Below are positions 39,434-54,400 of a stretch of DNA of 64,000 nt, in pieces. The stretch is from Nemertoderma westbladi. Taxonomy: Eukaryota > Animalia > Xenacoelomorpha. The translations under genes and the position numbers were made by a program. Below the pieces are notes generated by a model that worked only from the letters and a program-made list of their open reading frames with translations, did no database searches and was not told the DNA's origin. Every line of letters starts with the position of its first letter. Position 1 is the first letter of the stretch. The stretch is from the NCBI GenBank assembly GCA_032718475.1, contig JAUCBJ010006245.1, positions 3,759 through 67,758 of the forward strand. Reading direction: 5' to 3'.

Positions 39434-42400
39434 ATCCCGTCCAACTAACCTCCACCACCCTAATGCTAAACTAACCCCCCTGCCCTAATGCTGGCCTTTA
39501 AACCCCGCTCTATCCCATCCAACTAACCTCCACCACCCTAACGATGGGCTTTAAACCCGGCTCTATCCCGTCCAACTAACCTCCACCGCCCTAACGCTGG
39601 CCTTTAAACCCCGCTCTATCCCGTCCAACTAACCTCCAACGCCCTAACGCTGGCCTCTAAACCCCGCTCTATCCCGTCCAACTAACCTCCACCACCATAA
39701 CGCTGGCCTTTAAACCCCGTTCTATCCCGTCCAACTAACCTCCACCACCCTAACGATGGGCTTTAAACCCGGCTCTATCCCGTCCAACTAACCTCCACCA
39801 CCCTAACGCTGGCATTTAAACCCGGCTCTATCCCGTCCAACTAACCTCCCTGCCCTAACGCTGGCCTTTAAACCCCCCTCTATCCCGTCCAACTAACCTC
39901 CACCGCCCTAACGCTGGCCTTTAAACCCCGCTCTATCCCGTCCAACTAACCTCCAACGCCCTAACGCTGGCCTCTAAACCCCGCTCTATCCCGTCCAACT
40001 AACCTCCACCACCATAACGCTGGCCTTTAAACCCCGTTCTATCCCGTCCAACTAACCTCCACCACCCTAACGATGGGCTTTAAACCCGGCTCTATCCCGT
40101 CCAACTAACCTCCCTGCCCTAACGCTGGCCTTTAAACCCCGCTCTATCCCGTCCAACTAACCTCCAACGCCCTAACGCTGGCCTCTAAACCCCGCTCTAT
40201 CCCGTCCAACTAACCTCCACCACCATAACGCTGGCCTTTAAACCCCGTTCTATCCCGTCCAACTAACCTCCACCACCCTAACGCTGGCCTTTAAACCCCC
40301 CTCTATCTCATCCAACTAACCTCCACCACGCTAACGCTGGCCTTTAAAACCCGCTCTATCCCATCCAACTAACCTCCACTGCCCTAACGCTGGCCTTTAA
40401 ACCCCGCTCTATCCCATCCATCTAACCTCCACCGCCCTAACGCTGGCCTTTAAACCCCCCTCTATCTCATCCAACTAACCTCCACCACGCTAACGCTGGC
40501 CTTTAAACCCCGCTCTATCCCATCCAACTAAGCTCCAGCGCCCTAAAGCTGACCTTTAAACCCTGCTCTATCCCATCCAAATAACCTCCACCACCCTAAC
40601 GCTTGCGTTTAAACCCTCCTCTATCCCATCCAACTAACCTCCACCATACTCTATCGCTGGCCTTTAAACTCCCTTCCATCCTGTCCAACTAACCTTCCTG
40701 TCCTAACACTGGCCTTTAAACCCCGCTCTATCCCATCCAACTAACCTCCACCACCCTAACGCTGACCTTTAAACCCCCCTCTATCTCATCCAACTAACCT
40801 CCACCGCCCTAACGCTGGCCTTTAAACCCCACTCTATCCCATCCAACTAACCTCCACCACCCTAACACTGGCCTTTAAACCCCACTCTATCCCGTCCAAC
40901 TAACCTCCACCACCATAACGCTGGCCTTTAAACCCCACTCTATCCCATCCAACTAACCTCCACCGCCCTAACGCTGGCCTTTCAACCCCACTCTATCCCG
41001 TCCAACTAACCTCCCTGCCCTAACGCTGGCCTTTAAACCCCGCTCTATCGCATCCAACTAACCTCCCTGCCCTAACACTGGCCTTTAAACCCCGCTCTAT
41101 CCCGTCCAACTAACCTCCCTGCCCTAACGCTGGCCTTTAAACCCCGCTCTATCCCATCCAACTAACCTCCACCACTCTATCGCTGGCCTTTAAACTCCCT
41201 TCCATCCTGTCCAACTAACCTTCCTGGCCTAACACTGGCCTTTAAACCCCTCTCTATCCCGCCCAACTAACCTCCACCGCCCTAACGCTGGCCTTAAAAC
41301 CCCGCTCTATCCCATCCAACTAACCTCCACCACCCTAACGCTGGCCTTTAAACCCCCTTCCATCCTGTCCAACTAACCTCCCTGCCCTAACACTGGCCTT
41401 TAAACCCCGCTCTATCCCGTCCAACTAAACTCCACCACCCTAACGCTGGCCTTTAAACCCCGCTCTATCCCGTCCAACTAAACTCCACCACCCTAACGCT
41501 GGCCTTTAAACCCCGCTCTATCCCGTCCAACTAAACTCCACCACCCTAACGCTGGCCTTTAAACCCCGCTCTATCCCATCCAACTAACCTCCAACGCCCT
41601 AACGCTGGCCTTTAAACCCCGCTCTATCCCATCCAACTAACCTCCACCACCCTAACGCTGGCCTTTAAACCCCGCTCTATCCCATCCAACTAACCTCCAC
41701 CACCCTAACACTGGCCTTTAAACCCCCTTCCATCCTGTCCAACTAACCTCCCTGCCCTAACACTGGCCTTTAAACCCCGCTCTATCCCGTCCAACTAACC
41801 TCCACCACCCTAACGCTGGCCTTTAAACCCCGCTCTATCCCGTCCAACTAAACTCCACCACCCTAACGCTGGCCTTTAAACCCCGCTCTATCCCATCCAA
41901 CTAACCTCCACCGCCCTAACGCTGGCCTTTAAACCCAGCTCTATCCCATCCAACTAACCTCCACCGCCCTAACACTGGCCTTTAAACCCCGCTCTATCCC
42001 GTCCAACTAACCTCCACCACTAACGCTGGCCTTTAAACCCCGCTCTATCCCATCCAACTAACCTCCACCGCCCTAACGCTGGCCTTTAAACCCCGCTCTA
42101 TCCCATCCAACTAACCTCCACCGCCCTAACGCTGGCCTTTAAACCCTGCTCTATCCCATCCAACTAACCTCCACCGCCCTAACGCTGGCCTTTAAACCCC
42201 GCTCTATCCCATCCAACTAACCTCCACCGCCCTAAAGCTGGCCTTTAAACCCCGTTCTATCCCGTCCAAATAACCTCCACCGCCCTAACGCTGGCCTTTA
42301 AACCCCACTCTATCCCATCCAACTAACCTCCCTGCCCTAACACTGGCCTTTAAACCCCGCTCTATCCCATCCATCTAACCTCCACCACCCTAACCCTGGC

Positions 42401-45400
42401 CTTTAAACCCTGCTCTATCCCATCCAACTAACCTCCACTGCCCTAACGCTGGCCTTTAAACCCCGCTCTATCCCATCCATCTAACCTCCACCACCCTAAC
42501 CCTGGCCTTTAAACCCTGCTCTATCCCATCCAACTAACCTCCACTGCCCTAACGCTGGCCTTTAAACCCCGCTCTATCCCATCCAACTAACCTCCACCGC
42601 CCTAACGCTGGCCTTTAAACCCCACTCTATCCCATCCAACTAACCTCCACCGCCCTAACGCTGGCCTTTAAACCCCGTTCTATCCCATCCAACTAACCTC
42701 CACCGCCCTAACACTGGCCTTTAAACCCCGTTCTATCCCGTCCAACTAACCTCCACCACCCTAACCCTGGCCTTTAAACCCCGCTCTATCTCATCCAACT
42801 AACCTCCACCGCCCTAACGCTGGCCTTTAAACCCCACTCTATCCCATCCAACTAACCTCCACCGCCCTAACGCTGGCCTTTAAACCCCGTTCTATCCCAT
42901 CCAACTAACCTCCACCGCCCTAACACTGGCCTTTAAACCCCGTTCTATCCCGTCCAACTAACCTCCACCACCCTAACGCTGGCCTTTAAACCCCGCTCTA
43001 TCCCATCCAACTAACCTCCACCGCCCTAACGCTGGCCTTTAAACCCCGTTCTATCCCGTCCAACTAACCTCCACCACCCTAACCCTGGCCTTTAAACCCT
43101 GCTCTATCCCATCCAACTAACCTCCACCGCCCTAACGCTGGCCTTTAAACCCCGTTCTATCCCGTCCAACTAACCTCCACCACCCTAACCCTGGCCTTTA
43201 AACCCCGCTCTATCCCATCCAACTAACCTCCACCGCCCTAACGCTGGCCTTTAAACCCCGTTCTATCCCGTCCATCTAACCTCCACCACCCTAACCCTGG
43301 CCTTTAAACCCCGCTCTATCCCATCCATCTAACCTCCACCACCCTAACGCTGGCCTTTAAACCCCGCTCTATCTCATCCAACTAACCTACACCGCCCTAA
43401 CGCTGGCCTTTAAACCCCGCTCTATCTCATCCAACTAACCTCCACCGCCCTAACGCTGGCCTTTAAACCCCGTTCTATCCCGTCCATCTAACCTCCACCA
43501 CCCTAACCCTGGCCTTTAAACCCCGCTCTATCCCATCCATCTAACCTCCACCACCCTAACGCTGGCCTTTAAACCCCGCTCTATCCCATCCATCTAACCT
43601 CCACCACCCTAACGCTGGCCTTTAAACCCCGCTCTATCTCATCCAACTAACCTACACCGCCCTAACGCTGGCCTTTAAACCCCGCTCTATCTCATCCAAC
43701 TAACCTCCACCGCCCTAACGCTGGCCTTTAAACCCCCCTCTATCTCATCCAACTAACCTCCACCGCCCTAACGCTGGCCTTTAAACCCCGCTCTATCTCA
43801 TCCAACTAACCTACACCGCCCTAACGCTGGCCTTTAAACCCCGCTCTATCTCATCCAACTAACCTACACCGCCCTAACGCTGGCCTTTAAACCCCGCTCT
43901 ATCTCATCCAACTAACCTCCACCGCCCTAACGCTGGCCTTTAAACCCCCCTCTATCCCATCCAACTAACCTCCACCGCCCTAACGCTGGCCTTTAAACCC
44001 CGTTCTATCCCATCCAACTAACCTCCACCGCCCTAACACTGGCCTTTAAACCCCGTTCTATCCCGTCCAACTAACCTCCCCACCCTAACGCTGGCCTTTA
44101 AACCCCACTCTATCCCATCCAACTAACCTCCACCGCCCTAACACTGGCCTTTAAACCCCGTTCTATCCCGTCCAACTAACCTCCACCGCCCTAACGCTGG
44201 CCTTTAAACCCCGCTCTATCTCATCCAACTAACCTCCACCGCCCTAACGCTGGCCTTTAAACCCCACTCTATCCCATCCAACTAACCTCCACCGCCCTAA
44301 CGCTGGCCTTTAAACCCCGCTCTATCTCATCCAACTAACCTCCACCGCCCTAACGCTGGCCTTTAAACCCTGCTCTATCTCATCCAACTAACCTCCACCG
44401 CCCTAACGCTGGCCTTTAAACCCCGCTCTATCTCATCCAACTAACCTCCACCGCCCTAATGCTGGCCTTTAAACCCCACTCTATCCCATCCAACTAACCT
44501 CCACCGCCCTAACGCTGGCCTTTAAACCCCGCTCTATCTCATCCAACTAACCTCCACCGCCCTAACGCTGGCCTTTAAACCCCGCTCTATCTCATCCAAC
44601 TAACCTCCACCGCCCTAACGCTGGCCTTTAAACCCCGTTCTATCCCGTCCAACTAACCTCCACCGCCCTAACGCTGGCCTTTAAACCCCGTTCTATCCCA
44701 TCCAACTAACCTCCACCGCCCTAACACTGGCCTTTAAACCCCGTTCTATCCCGTCCAACTAACCTCCACCACCCTAACGCTGGCCTTTAAACCCCGCTCT
44801 ATCCCATCCAACTAACCTCCACCGCCCTAACGCTGGCCTTTAAACCCCGTTCTATCCCGTCCAACTAACCTCCACCACCCTAACCCTGGCCTTTAAACCC
44901 TGCTCTATCCCATCCAACTAACCTCCACTGCCCTAACGCTGGCCTTTAAACCCCGCTCTATCCCATCCAACTAACCTCCACCGCCCTAACGCTGGCCTTT
45001 AAACCCCGCTCTATCCCATCCAACTAACCTCCACCACCCTAACGCTGGCCTCTAAACCCCGCTCTATCCCATCCAACTAACCTCCACCGCCCTAACGCTG
45101 GCCTTTAAACCCCGCTCTATCCCATCCAACTAACCTCCACCACCCTAACGCTGGCCTCTAAACCCCGCTCTATCCCATCCAACTAACCTCCACCACCCTA
45201 ACCCTGGCCTTTAAACCCCGCTCTATCCCGTCCAACTAACCTCCACCGCCCTAACGCTGGCCTTTAAACCCCGCTCTATCCCGTCCAACTAACCTCCACC
45301 ACCCTAACGCTGGCCTCTAAACCCTGCTCTATCCCATCCAACTAACCTCCACCACCCTAACCCTGGCCTTTAAACCCCGCTCTATCCCGTCCAACTAACC

Positions 45401-48400
45401 TCCACCACCCTAACGCTGGCCTCTAAACCCCGCTCTATCCCATCCAACTAACCTCCACCACCCTAACCCTGGCCTTTAAACCCCGCTCTATCCCGTCCAA
45501 CTAACCTCCACTGCCCTAACGCTGGCCTTTAAACCCCGCTCTATCCCGTCCAACTAACCTCCAACGCCCTAACGCTGGCCTCTAAACCCCGCTCTATCCC
45601 ATCCAACTAACCTCCACCACCCTAACCCTGGCCTTTAAACCCCGCTCTATCCCATCCATCTAACCTCCACCGCCCTAATGCTGGCCTTTAAACCCCGCTC
45701 TATCTCATCCAACTAACCTCCACCGCCCTAACGCTGGCCTTTAAACCCCGCTCTATCCCGTCCAACTAACCTCCACCACCCTATCGCTGGCCTTTAAACC
45801 CCGCTCTATCCCGTCCAACTAACCTCCACCACCCTAACGCTGGCCTTTAAACCCCGCTCTATCCCATCCATCTAACCTCCACCACCCTAACCCTGGCCTT
45901 TAAACCCTGCTCTATCCCATCCAACTAACCTCCACCGCCCTAATGCTGGCCTTTAAACCCCGCTCTATCTCATCCAACTAACCTACACCGCCCTAACGCT
46001 GGCCTTTAAACCCCGCTCTATCCCATCCATCTAACCTCCACCGCCCTAACGCTGGCCTTTAAACCCCGCTCTATCCCATCCAACTAACCTCCACCACGCT
46101 AACGCTGGCCTTTAAACCCCGCTCTATCCCATCCAACTAACCTCCACCACCCTAACGCTGGCCTTTAAACCCCGCTCTATCTCATCCAACTAACCTACAC
46201 CGCCCTAACGCTGGCCTTTAAACCCCGCTCTATCCCATCCATCTAACCTCCACCGCCCTAACGCTGGCCTTTAAACCCCGCTCTATCCCATCCAACTAAC
46301 CTCCACCACCCTAACGCTGGCCTTTAAACCCCCCTCTATCTCATCCAACTAACCTCCACCACCCTAACGATGGGCTTTAAACCCCGCTCTATCCCGTCCA
46401 ACTAACCTCCACCGCCCTAATGCTGGCCTTTAAACCCCGCTCTATCCCGTCCAACTAACCTCCCTGCCCTAACGCTGGCCTTTAAACCCCTCTCTATCCC
46501 GCCCAACTAACCTCCACCGCCCTAACGCTGGCCTTTAAACCCCGCTCTATCCCGTCCAACTAACCTCCACCACCCTAACGCTGGCCTCTAAACCCCGCTC
46601 TATCCCATCCAACTAACCTCCACCACCCTAACCCTGGCCTTTAAACCCCGTTCTATCCCGTCCAACTAACCTCCACCACCCTAACCCTGGCCTTTAAACC
46701 CCGCTCTATCTCATCCAACTAACCTCCACCGCCCTAACGCTGGCCTTTAAACCCCACTCTATCCCATCCAACTAACCTCCACCGCCCTAACGCTGGCCTT
46801 TAAACCCCGTTCTATCCCATCCAACTAACCTCCACCGCCCTAACACTGGCCTTTAAACCCCGTTCTATCCCTTCCAACTAACCTCCACCACCCTAACGCT
46901 GGCCTTTAAACCCCGCTCTATCCCATCCAACTAACCTCCACCGCCCTAACGCTGGCCTTTAAACCCCGTTCTATCCCGTCCAACTAACCTCCACCACCCT
47001 AACCCTGGCCTTTAAACCCTGCTCTATCCCATCCAACTAACCTCCACCGCCCTAACACTGGCCTTTAAACCCCCCTCTATCTCATCCAACTAACCTCCAC
47101 CACCCTAACGATGGGCTTTAAACCCCGCTCTATCCCGTCCAACTAACCTCCACCGCCCTAATGCTGGCCTTTAAACCCCGCTCTATCCCATCCAACTAAC
47201 CTCCACCACCCTAACCCTGGCCTTTAAACCCCGCTCTATCCCATCCATCTAACCTCCACCACCCTAACGCTGGCCTTTAAACCCCGCTCTATCTCATCCA
47301 ACTAACCTACACCGCCCTAACGCTGGCCTTTAAACCCCGCTCTATCTCATCCAACTAACCTCCACCGCCCTAACGCTGGCCTTTAAACCCCGTTCTATCC
47401 CGTCCATCTAACCTCCACCACCCTAACCCTGGCCTTTAAACCCCGCTCTATCCCATCCATCTAACCTCCACCACCCTAACGCTGGCCTTTAAACCCCGCT
47501 CTATCCCATCCATCTAACCTCCACCACCCTAACGCTGGCCTTTAAACCCCGCTCTATCTCATCCAACTAACCTACACCGCCCTAACGCTGGCCTTTAAAC
47601 CCCGCTCTATCCCATCCAACTAACCTCCACCACCCTAACGCTGGCCTCTAAACCCCGCTCTATCCCATCCAACTAACCTCCACCACCCTAACCCTGGCCT
47701 TTAAACCCCGCTCTATCCCGTCCAACTAACCTCCACCGCCCTAACGCTGGCCTTTAAACCCCGCTCTATCCCGTCCAACTAACCTCCACCACCCTAACGC
47801 TGGCCTCTAAACCCTGCTCTATCCCATCCAACTAACCTCCACCACCCTAACCCTGGCCTTTAAACCCCGCTCTATCCCGTCCAACTAACCTCCACCACCC
47901 TAACGCTGGCCTCTAAACCCCGCTCTATCCCATCCAACTAACCTCCACCACCCTAACCCTGGCCTTTAAACCCCGCTCTATCCCGTCCAACTAACCTCCA
48001 CTGCCCTAACGCTGGCCTTTAAACCCCGCTCTATCCCGTCCAACTAACCTCCAACGCCCTAACGCTGGCCTCTAAACCCCGCTCTATCCCATCCAACTAA
48101 CCTCCACCACCCTAACCCTGGCCTTTAAACCCCGCTCTATCCCATCCATCTAACCTCCACCGCCCTAATGCTGGCCTTTAAACCCCGCTCTATCTCATCC
48201 AACTAACCTCCACCGCCCTAACGCTGGCCTTTAAACCCCGCTCTATCCCGTCCAACTAACCTCCACCACCCTATCGCTGGCCTTTAAACCCCGCTCTATC
48301 CCGTCCAACTAACCTCCACCACCCTAACGCTGGCCTTTAAACCCCGCTCTATCCCATCCATCTAACCTCCACCACCCTAACCCTGGCCTTTAAACCCTGC

Positions 48401-51400
48401 TCTATCCCATCCAACTAACCTCCACCGCCCTAATGCTGGCCTTTAAACCCCGCTCTATCTCATCCAACTAACCTACACCGCCCTAACGCTGGCCTTTAAA
48501 CCCCGCTCTATCCCATCCATCTAACCTCCACCGCCCTAACGCTGGCCTTTAAACCCCGCTCTATCCCATCCAACTAACCTCCACCACGCTAACGCTGGCC
48601 TTTAAACCCCGCTCTATCCCATCCAACTAACCTCCACCACCCTAACGCTGGCCTTTAAACCCCGCTCTATCTCATCCAACTAACCTACACCGCCCTAACG
48701 CTGGCCTTTAAACCCCGCTCTATCCCATCCATCTAACCTCCACCGCCCTAACGCTGGCCTTTAAACCCCGCTCTATCCCATCCAACTAACCTCCACCACC
48801 CTAACGCTGGCCTTTAAACCCCCCTCTATCTCATCCAACTAACCTCCACCACCCTAACGATGGGCTTTAAACCCCGCTCTATCCCGTCCAACTAACCTCC
48901 ACCGCCCTAATGCTGGCCTTTAAACCCCGCTCTATCCCGTCCAACTAACCTCCCTGCCCTAACGCTGGCCTTTAAACCCCTCTCTATCCCGCCCAACTAA
49001 CCTCCACCGCCCTAACGCTGGCCTTTAAACCCCGCTCTATCCCGTCCAACTAACCTCCACCACCCTAACGCTGGCCTCTAAACCCCGCTCTATCCCATCC
49101 AACTAACCTCCACCACCCTAACCCTGGCCTTTAAACCCCGTTCTATCCCGTCCAACTAACCTCCACCACCCTAACCCTGGCCTTTAAACCCCGCTCTATC
49201 TCATCCAACTAACCTCCACCGCCCTAACGCTGGCCTTTAAACCCCACTCTATCCCATCCAACTAACCTCCACCGCCCTAACGCTGGCCTTTAAACCCCGT
49301 TCTATCCCATCCAACTAACCTCCACCGCCCTAACACTGGCCTTTAAACCCCGTTCTATCCCTTCCAACTAACCTCCACCACCCTAACGCTGGCCTTTAAA
49401 CCCCGCTCTATCCCATCCAACTAACCTCCACCGCCCTAACGCTGGCCTTTAAACCCCGTTCTATCCCGTCCAACTAACCTCCACCACCCTAACCCTGGCC
49501 TTTAAACCCTGCTCTATCCCATCCAACTAACCTCCACCGCCCTAACACTGGCCTTTAAACCCCCCTCTATCTCATCCAACTAACCTCCACCACCCTAACG
49601 ATGGGCTTTAAACCCCGCTCTATCCCGTCCAACTAACCTCCACCGCCCTAATGCTGGCCTTTAAACCCCGCTCTATCCCATCCAACTAACCTCCACCACC
49701 CTAACCCTGGCCTTTAAACCCCGCTCTATCCCATCCATCTAACCTCCACCACCCTAACGCTGGCCTTTAAACCCCGCTCTATCTCATCCAACTAACCTAC
49801 ACCGCCCTAACGCTGGCCTTTAAACCCCGCTCTATCTCATCCAACTAACCTCCACCGCCCTAACGCTGGCCTTTAAACCCCGTTCTATCCCGTCCATCTA
49901 ACCTCCACCACCCTAACCCTGGCCTTTAAACCCCGCTCTATCCCATCCATCTAACCTCCACCACCCTAACGCTGGCCTTTAAACCCCGCTCTATCCCATC
50001 CATCTAACCTCCACCACCCTAACGCTGGCCTTTAAACCCCGCTCTATCTCATCCAACTAACCTACACCGCCCTAACGCTGGCCTTTAAACCCCGCTCTAT
50101 CTCATCCAACTAACCTCCACCGCCCTAACGCTGGCCTTTAAACCCCCCTCTATCTCATCCAACTAACCTCCACCGCCCTAACGCTGGCCTTTAAACCCCG
50201 CTCTATCTCATCCAACTAACCTACACCGCCCTAACGCTGGCCTTTAAACCCCGCTCTATCTCATCCAACTAACCTACACCGCCCTAACGCTGGCCTTTAA
50301 ACCCCGCTCTATCTCATCCAACTAACCTCCACCGCCCTAACGCTGGCCTTTAAACCCCCCTCTATCCCATCCAACTAACCTCCACCGCCCTAACGCTGGC
50401 CTTTAAACCCCGTTCTATCCCATCCAACTAACCTCCACCGCCCTAACACTGGCCTTTAAACCCCGTTCTATCCCGTCCAACTAACCTCCACCACCCTAAC
50501 GCTGGCCTTTAAACCCCACTCTATCCCATCCAACTAACCTCCACCGCCCTAACACTGGCCTTTAAACCCCGTTCTATCCCGTCCAACTAACCTCCACCGC
50601 CCTAACGCTGGCCTTTAAACCCCGCTCAATCTCATCCAACTAACCTCCACCGCCCTAACGCTGGCCTTTAAACCCCACTCTATCCCATCCAACTAACCTC
50701 CACCGCCCTAACGCTGGCCTTTAAACCCCGCTCTATCTCATCCAACTAACCTCCACCGCCCTAACGCTGGCCTTTAAACCCTGCTCTATCTCATCCAACT
50801 AACCTCCACCGCCCTAACGCTGGCCTTTAAACCCCGCTCTATCTCATCCAACTAACCTCCACCGCCCTAATGCTGGCCTTTAAACCCCACTCTATCCCAT
50901 CCAACTAACCTCCACCGCCCTAACGCTGGCCTTTAAACCCCGCTCTATCTCATCCAACTAACCTCCACCGCCCTAACGCTGGCCTTTAAACCCCGCTCTA
51001 TCTCATCCAACTAACCTCCACCGCCCTAACGCTGGCCTTTAAACCCCGTTCTATCCCGTCCAACTAACCTCCACCGCCCTAACGCTGGCCTTTAAACCCC
51101 GTTCTATCCCATCCAACTAACCTCCACCGCCCTAACACTGGCCTTTAAACCCCGTTCTATCCCGTCCAACTAACCTCCACCACCCTAACGCTGGCCTTTA
51201 AACCCCGCTCTATCCCATCCAACTAACCTCCACCGCCCTAACGCTGGCCTTTAAACCCCGTTCTATCCCGTCCAACTAACCTCCACCACCCTAACCCTGG
51301 CCTTTAAACCCTGCTCTATCCCATCCAACTAACCTCCACTGCCCTAACGCTGGCCTTTAAACCCCGCTCTATCCCATCCAACTAACCTCCACCGCCCTAA

Positions 51401-54400
51401 CGCTGGCCTTTAAACCCCGCTCTATCCCATCCAACTAACCTCCACCACCCTAACGCTGGCCTCTAAACCCCGCTCTATCCCATCCAACTAACCTCCACCG
51501 CCCTAACGCTGGCCTTTAAACCCCGCTCTATCCCATCCAACTAACCTCCACCACCCTAACGCTGGCCTCTAAACCCCGCTCTATCCCATCCAACTAACCT
51601 CCACCACCCTAACCCTGGCCTTTAAACCCCGCTCTATCCCGTCCAACTAACCTCCACCGCCCTAACGCTGGCCTTTAAACCCCGCTCTATCCCGTCCAAC
51701 TAACCTCCACCACCCTAACGCTGGCCTCTAAACCCCGCTCTATCCCATCCAACTAACCTCCACCACCCTAACCCTGGCCTTTAAACCCCGCTCTATCCCG
51801 TCCAACTAACCTCCACCACCCTAACGCTGGCCTCTAAACCCCGCTCTATCCCATCCAACTAACCTCCACCACCCTAACCCTGGCCTTTAAACCCCGCTCT
51901 ATCCCGTCCAACTAACCTCCACTGCCCTAACGCTGGCCTTTAAACCCCGCTCTATCCCGTCCAACTAACCTCCAACGCCCTAACGCTGGCCTCTAAACCC
52001 CGCTCTATCCCATCCAACTAACCTCCACCACCCTAACCCTGGCCTTTAAACCCCGCTCTATCCCATCCATCTAACCTCCACCGCCCTAATGCTGGCCTTT
52101 AAACCCCGCTCTATCTCATCCAACTAACCTCCACCGCCCTAACGCTGGCCTTTAAACCCCGCTCTATCCCGTCCAACTAACCTCCACCACCCTATCGCTG
52201 GCCTTTAAACCCCGCTCTATCCCGTCCAACTAACCTCCACCACCCTAACGCTGGCCTTTAAACCCCGCTCTATCCCATCCATCTAACCTCCACCACCCTA
52301 ACCCTGGCCTTTAAACCCTGCTCTATCCCATCCAACTAACCTCCACCGCCCTAATGCTGGCCTTTAAACCCCGCTCTATCTCATCCAACTAACCTACACC
52401 GCCCTAACGCTGGCCTTTAAACCCCGCTCTATCCCATCCATCTAACCTCCACCGCCCTAACGCTGGCCTTTAAACCCCGCTCTATCCCATCCAACTAACC
52501 TCCACCACGCTAACGCTGGCCTTTAAACCCCGCTCTATCCCATCCAACTAACCTCCACCACCCTAACGCTGGCCTTTAAACCCCGCTCTATCTCATCCAA
52601 CTAACCTACACCGCCCTAACGCTGGCCTTTAAACCCCGCTCTATCCCATCCATCTAACCTCCACCGCCCTAACGCTGGCCTTTAAACCCCGCTCTATCCC
52701 ATCCAACTAACCTCCACCACCCTAACGCTGGCCTTTAAACCCCCCTCTATCTCATCCAACTAACCTCCACCACCCTAACGATGGGCTTTAAACCCCGCTC
52801 TATCCCGTCCAACTAACCTCCACCGCCCTAATGCTGGCCTTTAAACCCCGCTCTATCCCGTCCAACTAACCTCCCTGCCCTAACGCTGGCCTTTAAACCC
52901 CTCTCTATCCCGCCCAACTAACCTCCACCGCCCTAACACTGGCCTTTAAACCCCCCTCTATCTCATCCAACTAACCTCCACCACCCTAACGATGGGCTTT
53001 AAACCCCGCTCTATCCCGTCCAACTAACCTCCACCGCCCTAATGCTGGCCTTTAAACCCCGCTCTATCCCATCCAACTAACCTCCACCGCCCTAACGCTG
53101 GCCTTTAAACCCCCCTCTATCTCATCCAACTAACCTCCACCGCCCTAACGCTGGGCTTTAAACCCCGCTCTATCCCGTCCAACTAACCTCCACCGCCCTA
53201 ATGCTGGCCTTTAAACCCCGCTCTATCCCATCCAACTAACCTCCACCGCCCTAATGCTGGCCTTTAAACCCCGCTCTATCCCATCCAACTAACCTCCACC
53301 GCCCTAACGCTGGCCTTTAAACCCCCCTCTATCTCATCCAACTAACCTCCACCACCCTAACGCTGGGCTTTAAACCCCGCTCTATCCCGTCCAACTAACC
53401 TCCACCGCCCTAACGCTGGCCTTTAAACCCCCCTCTATCCCGTCCAACTAACCTCCACCGCCCTAACGCTGGGCTTTAAACCCCGCTCTATCCCGTCCAA
53501 CTAACCTCCCTGCCCTAACACTGGCCTTTCAACCCCACTCTATCCCATCCAACTAACCTCCACCGCCCTAACGCTGGCCTTTAAACCCCCCTCTATCCCA
53601 TCCAACTAACCTCCACCGCCCTAACGCTGGCCTTTAAACCCCCCTCTATCTCATCCAACTAACCTCCACCACCCTAACGCTGGCCTTTAAACCCCGTTCT
53701 ATCCCGTCCAACTAACCTCCCTGCCCTAACACTGGCCTTTAAACCCCGCTCTATCCCGTCCAACTAACCTCCACCGCCCTAATGCTGGCCTTTAAACCCC
53801 GTTCTATCCCATCCAACTAACCTCCACCGCCCTAACGCTGGCCTTTAAACCCCCCTCTATCTCATCCAACTAACCTCCACCGCCCTAACGCTGGCCTTTA
53901 AACCCCCCTCTATCTCATCCAACTAACCTCCACCACCCTAACGATGGGCTTTAAACCCCGCTCTATCCCGTCCAACTAACCTCCCTGCCCTAACGCTGGC
54001 CTTTAAACCCCGTTCTATCCCATCCAACTAACCTCCACCGCCCTAACGCTGGCCTTTAAACCCCCCTCTATCTCATCCAACTAACCTCCACCACCCTAAC
54101 GCTGGCCTTTAAACCCCGTTCTATCCCGTCCAACTAACCTCCCTGCCCTAACGCTGGCCTTTAAACCCCGCTCTATCCCGTCCAACTAACCTCCACCGCC
54201 CTAATGCTGGCCTTTAAACCCCGTTCTATCCCATCCAACTAACCTCCACCGCCCTAACGCTGGCCTTTAAACCCCCCTCTATCTCATCCAACTAACCTCC
54301 ACCGCCCTAACGCTGGCCTTTAAACCCCCCTCTATCTCATCCAACTAACCTCCACCACCCTAACGATGGGCTTTAAACCCCGCTCTATCCCGTCCAACTA

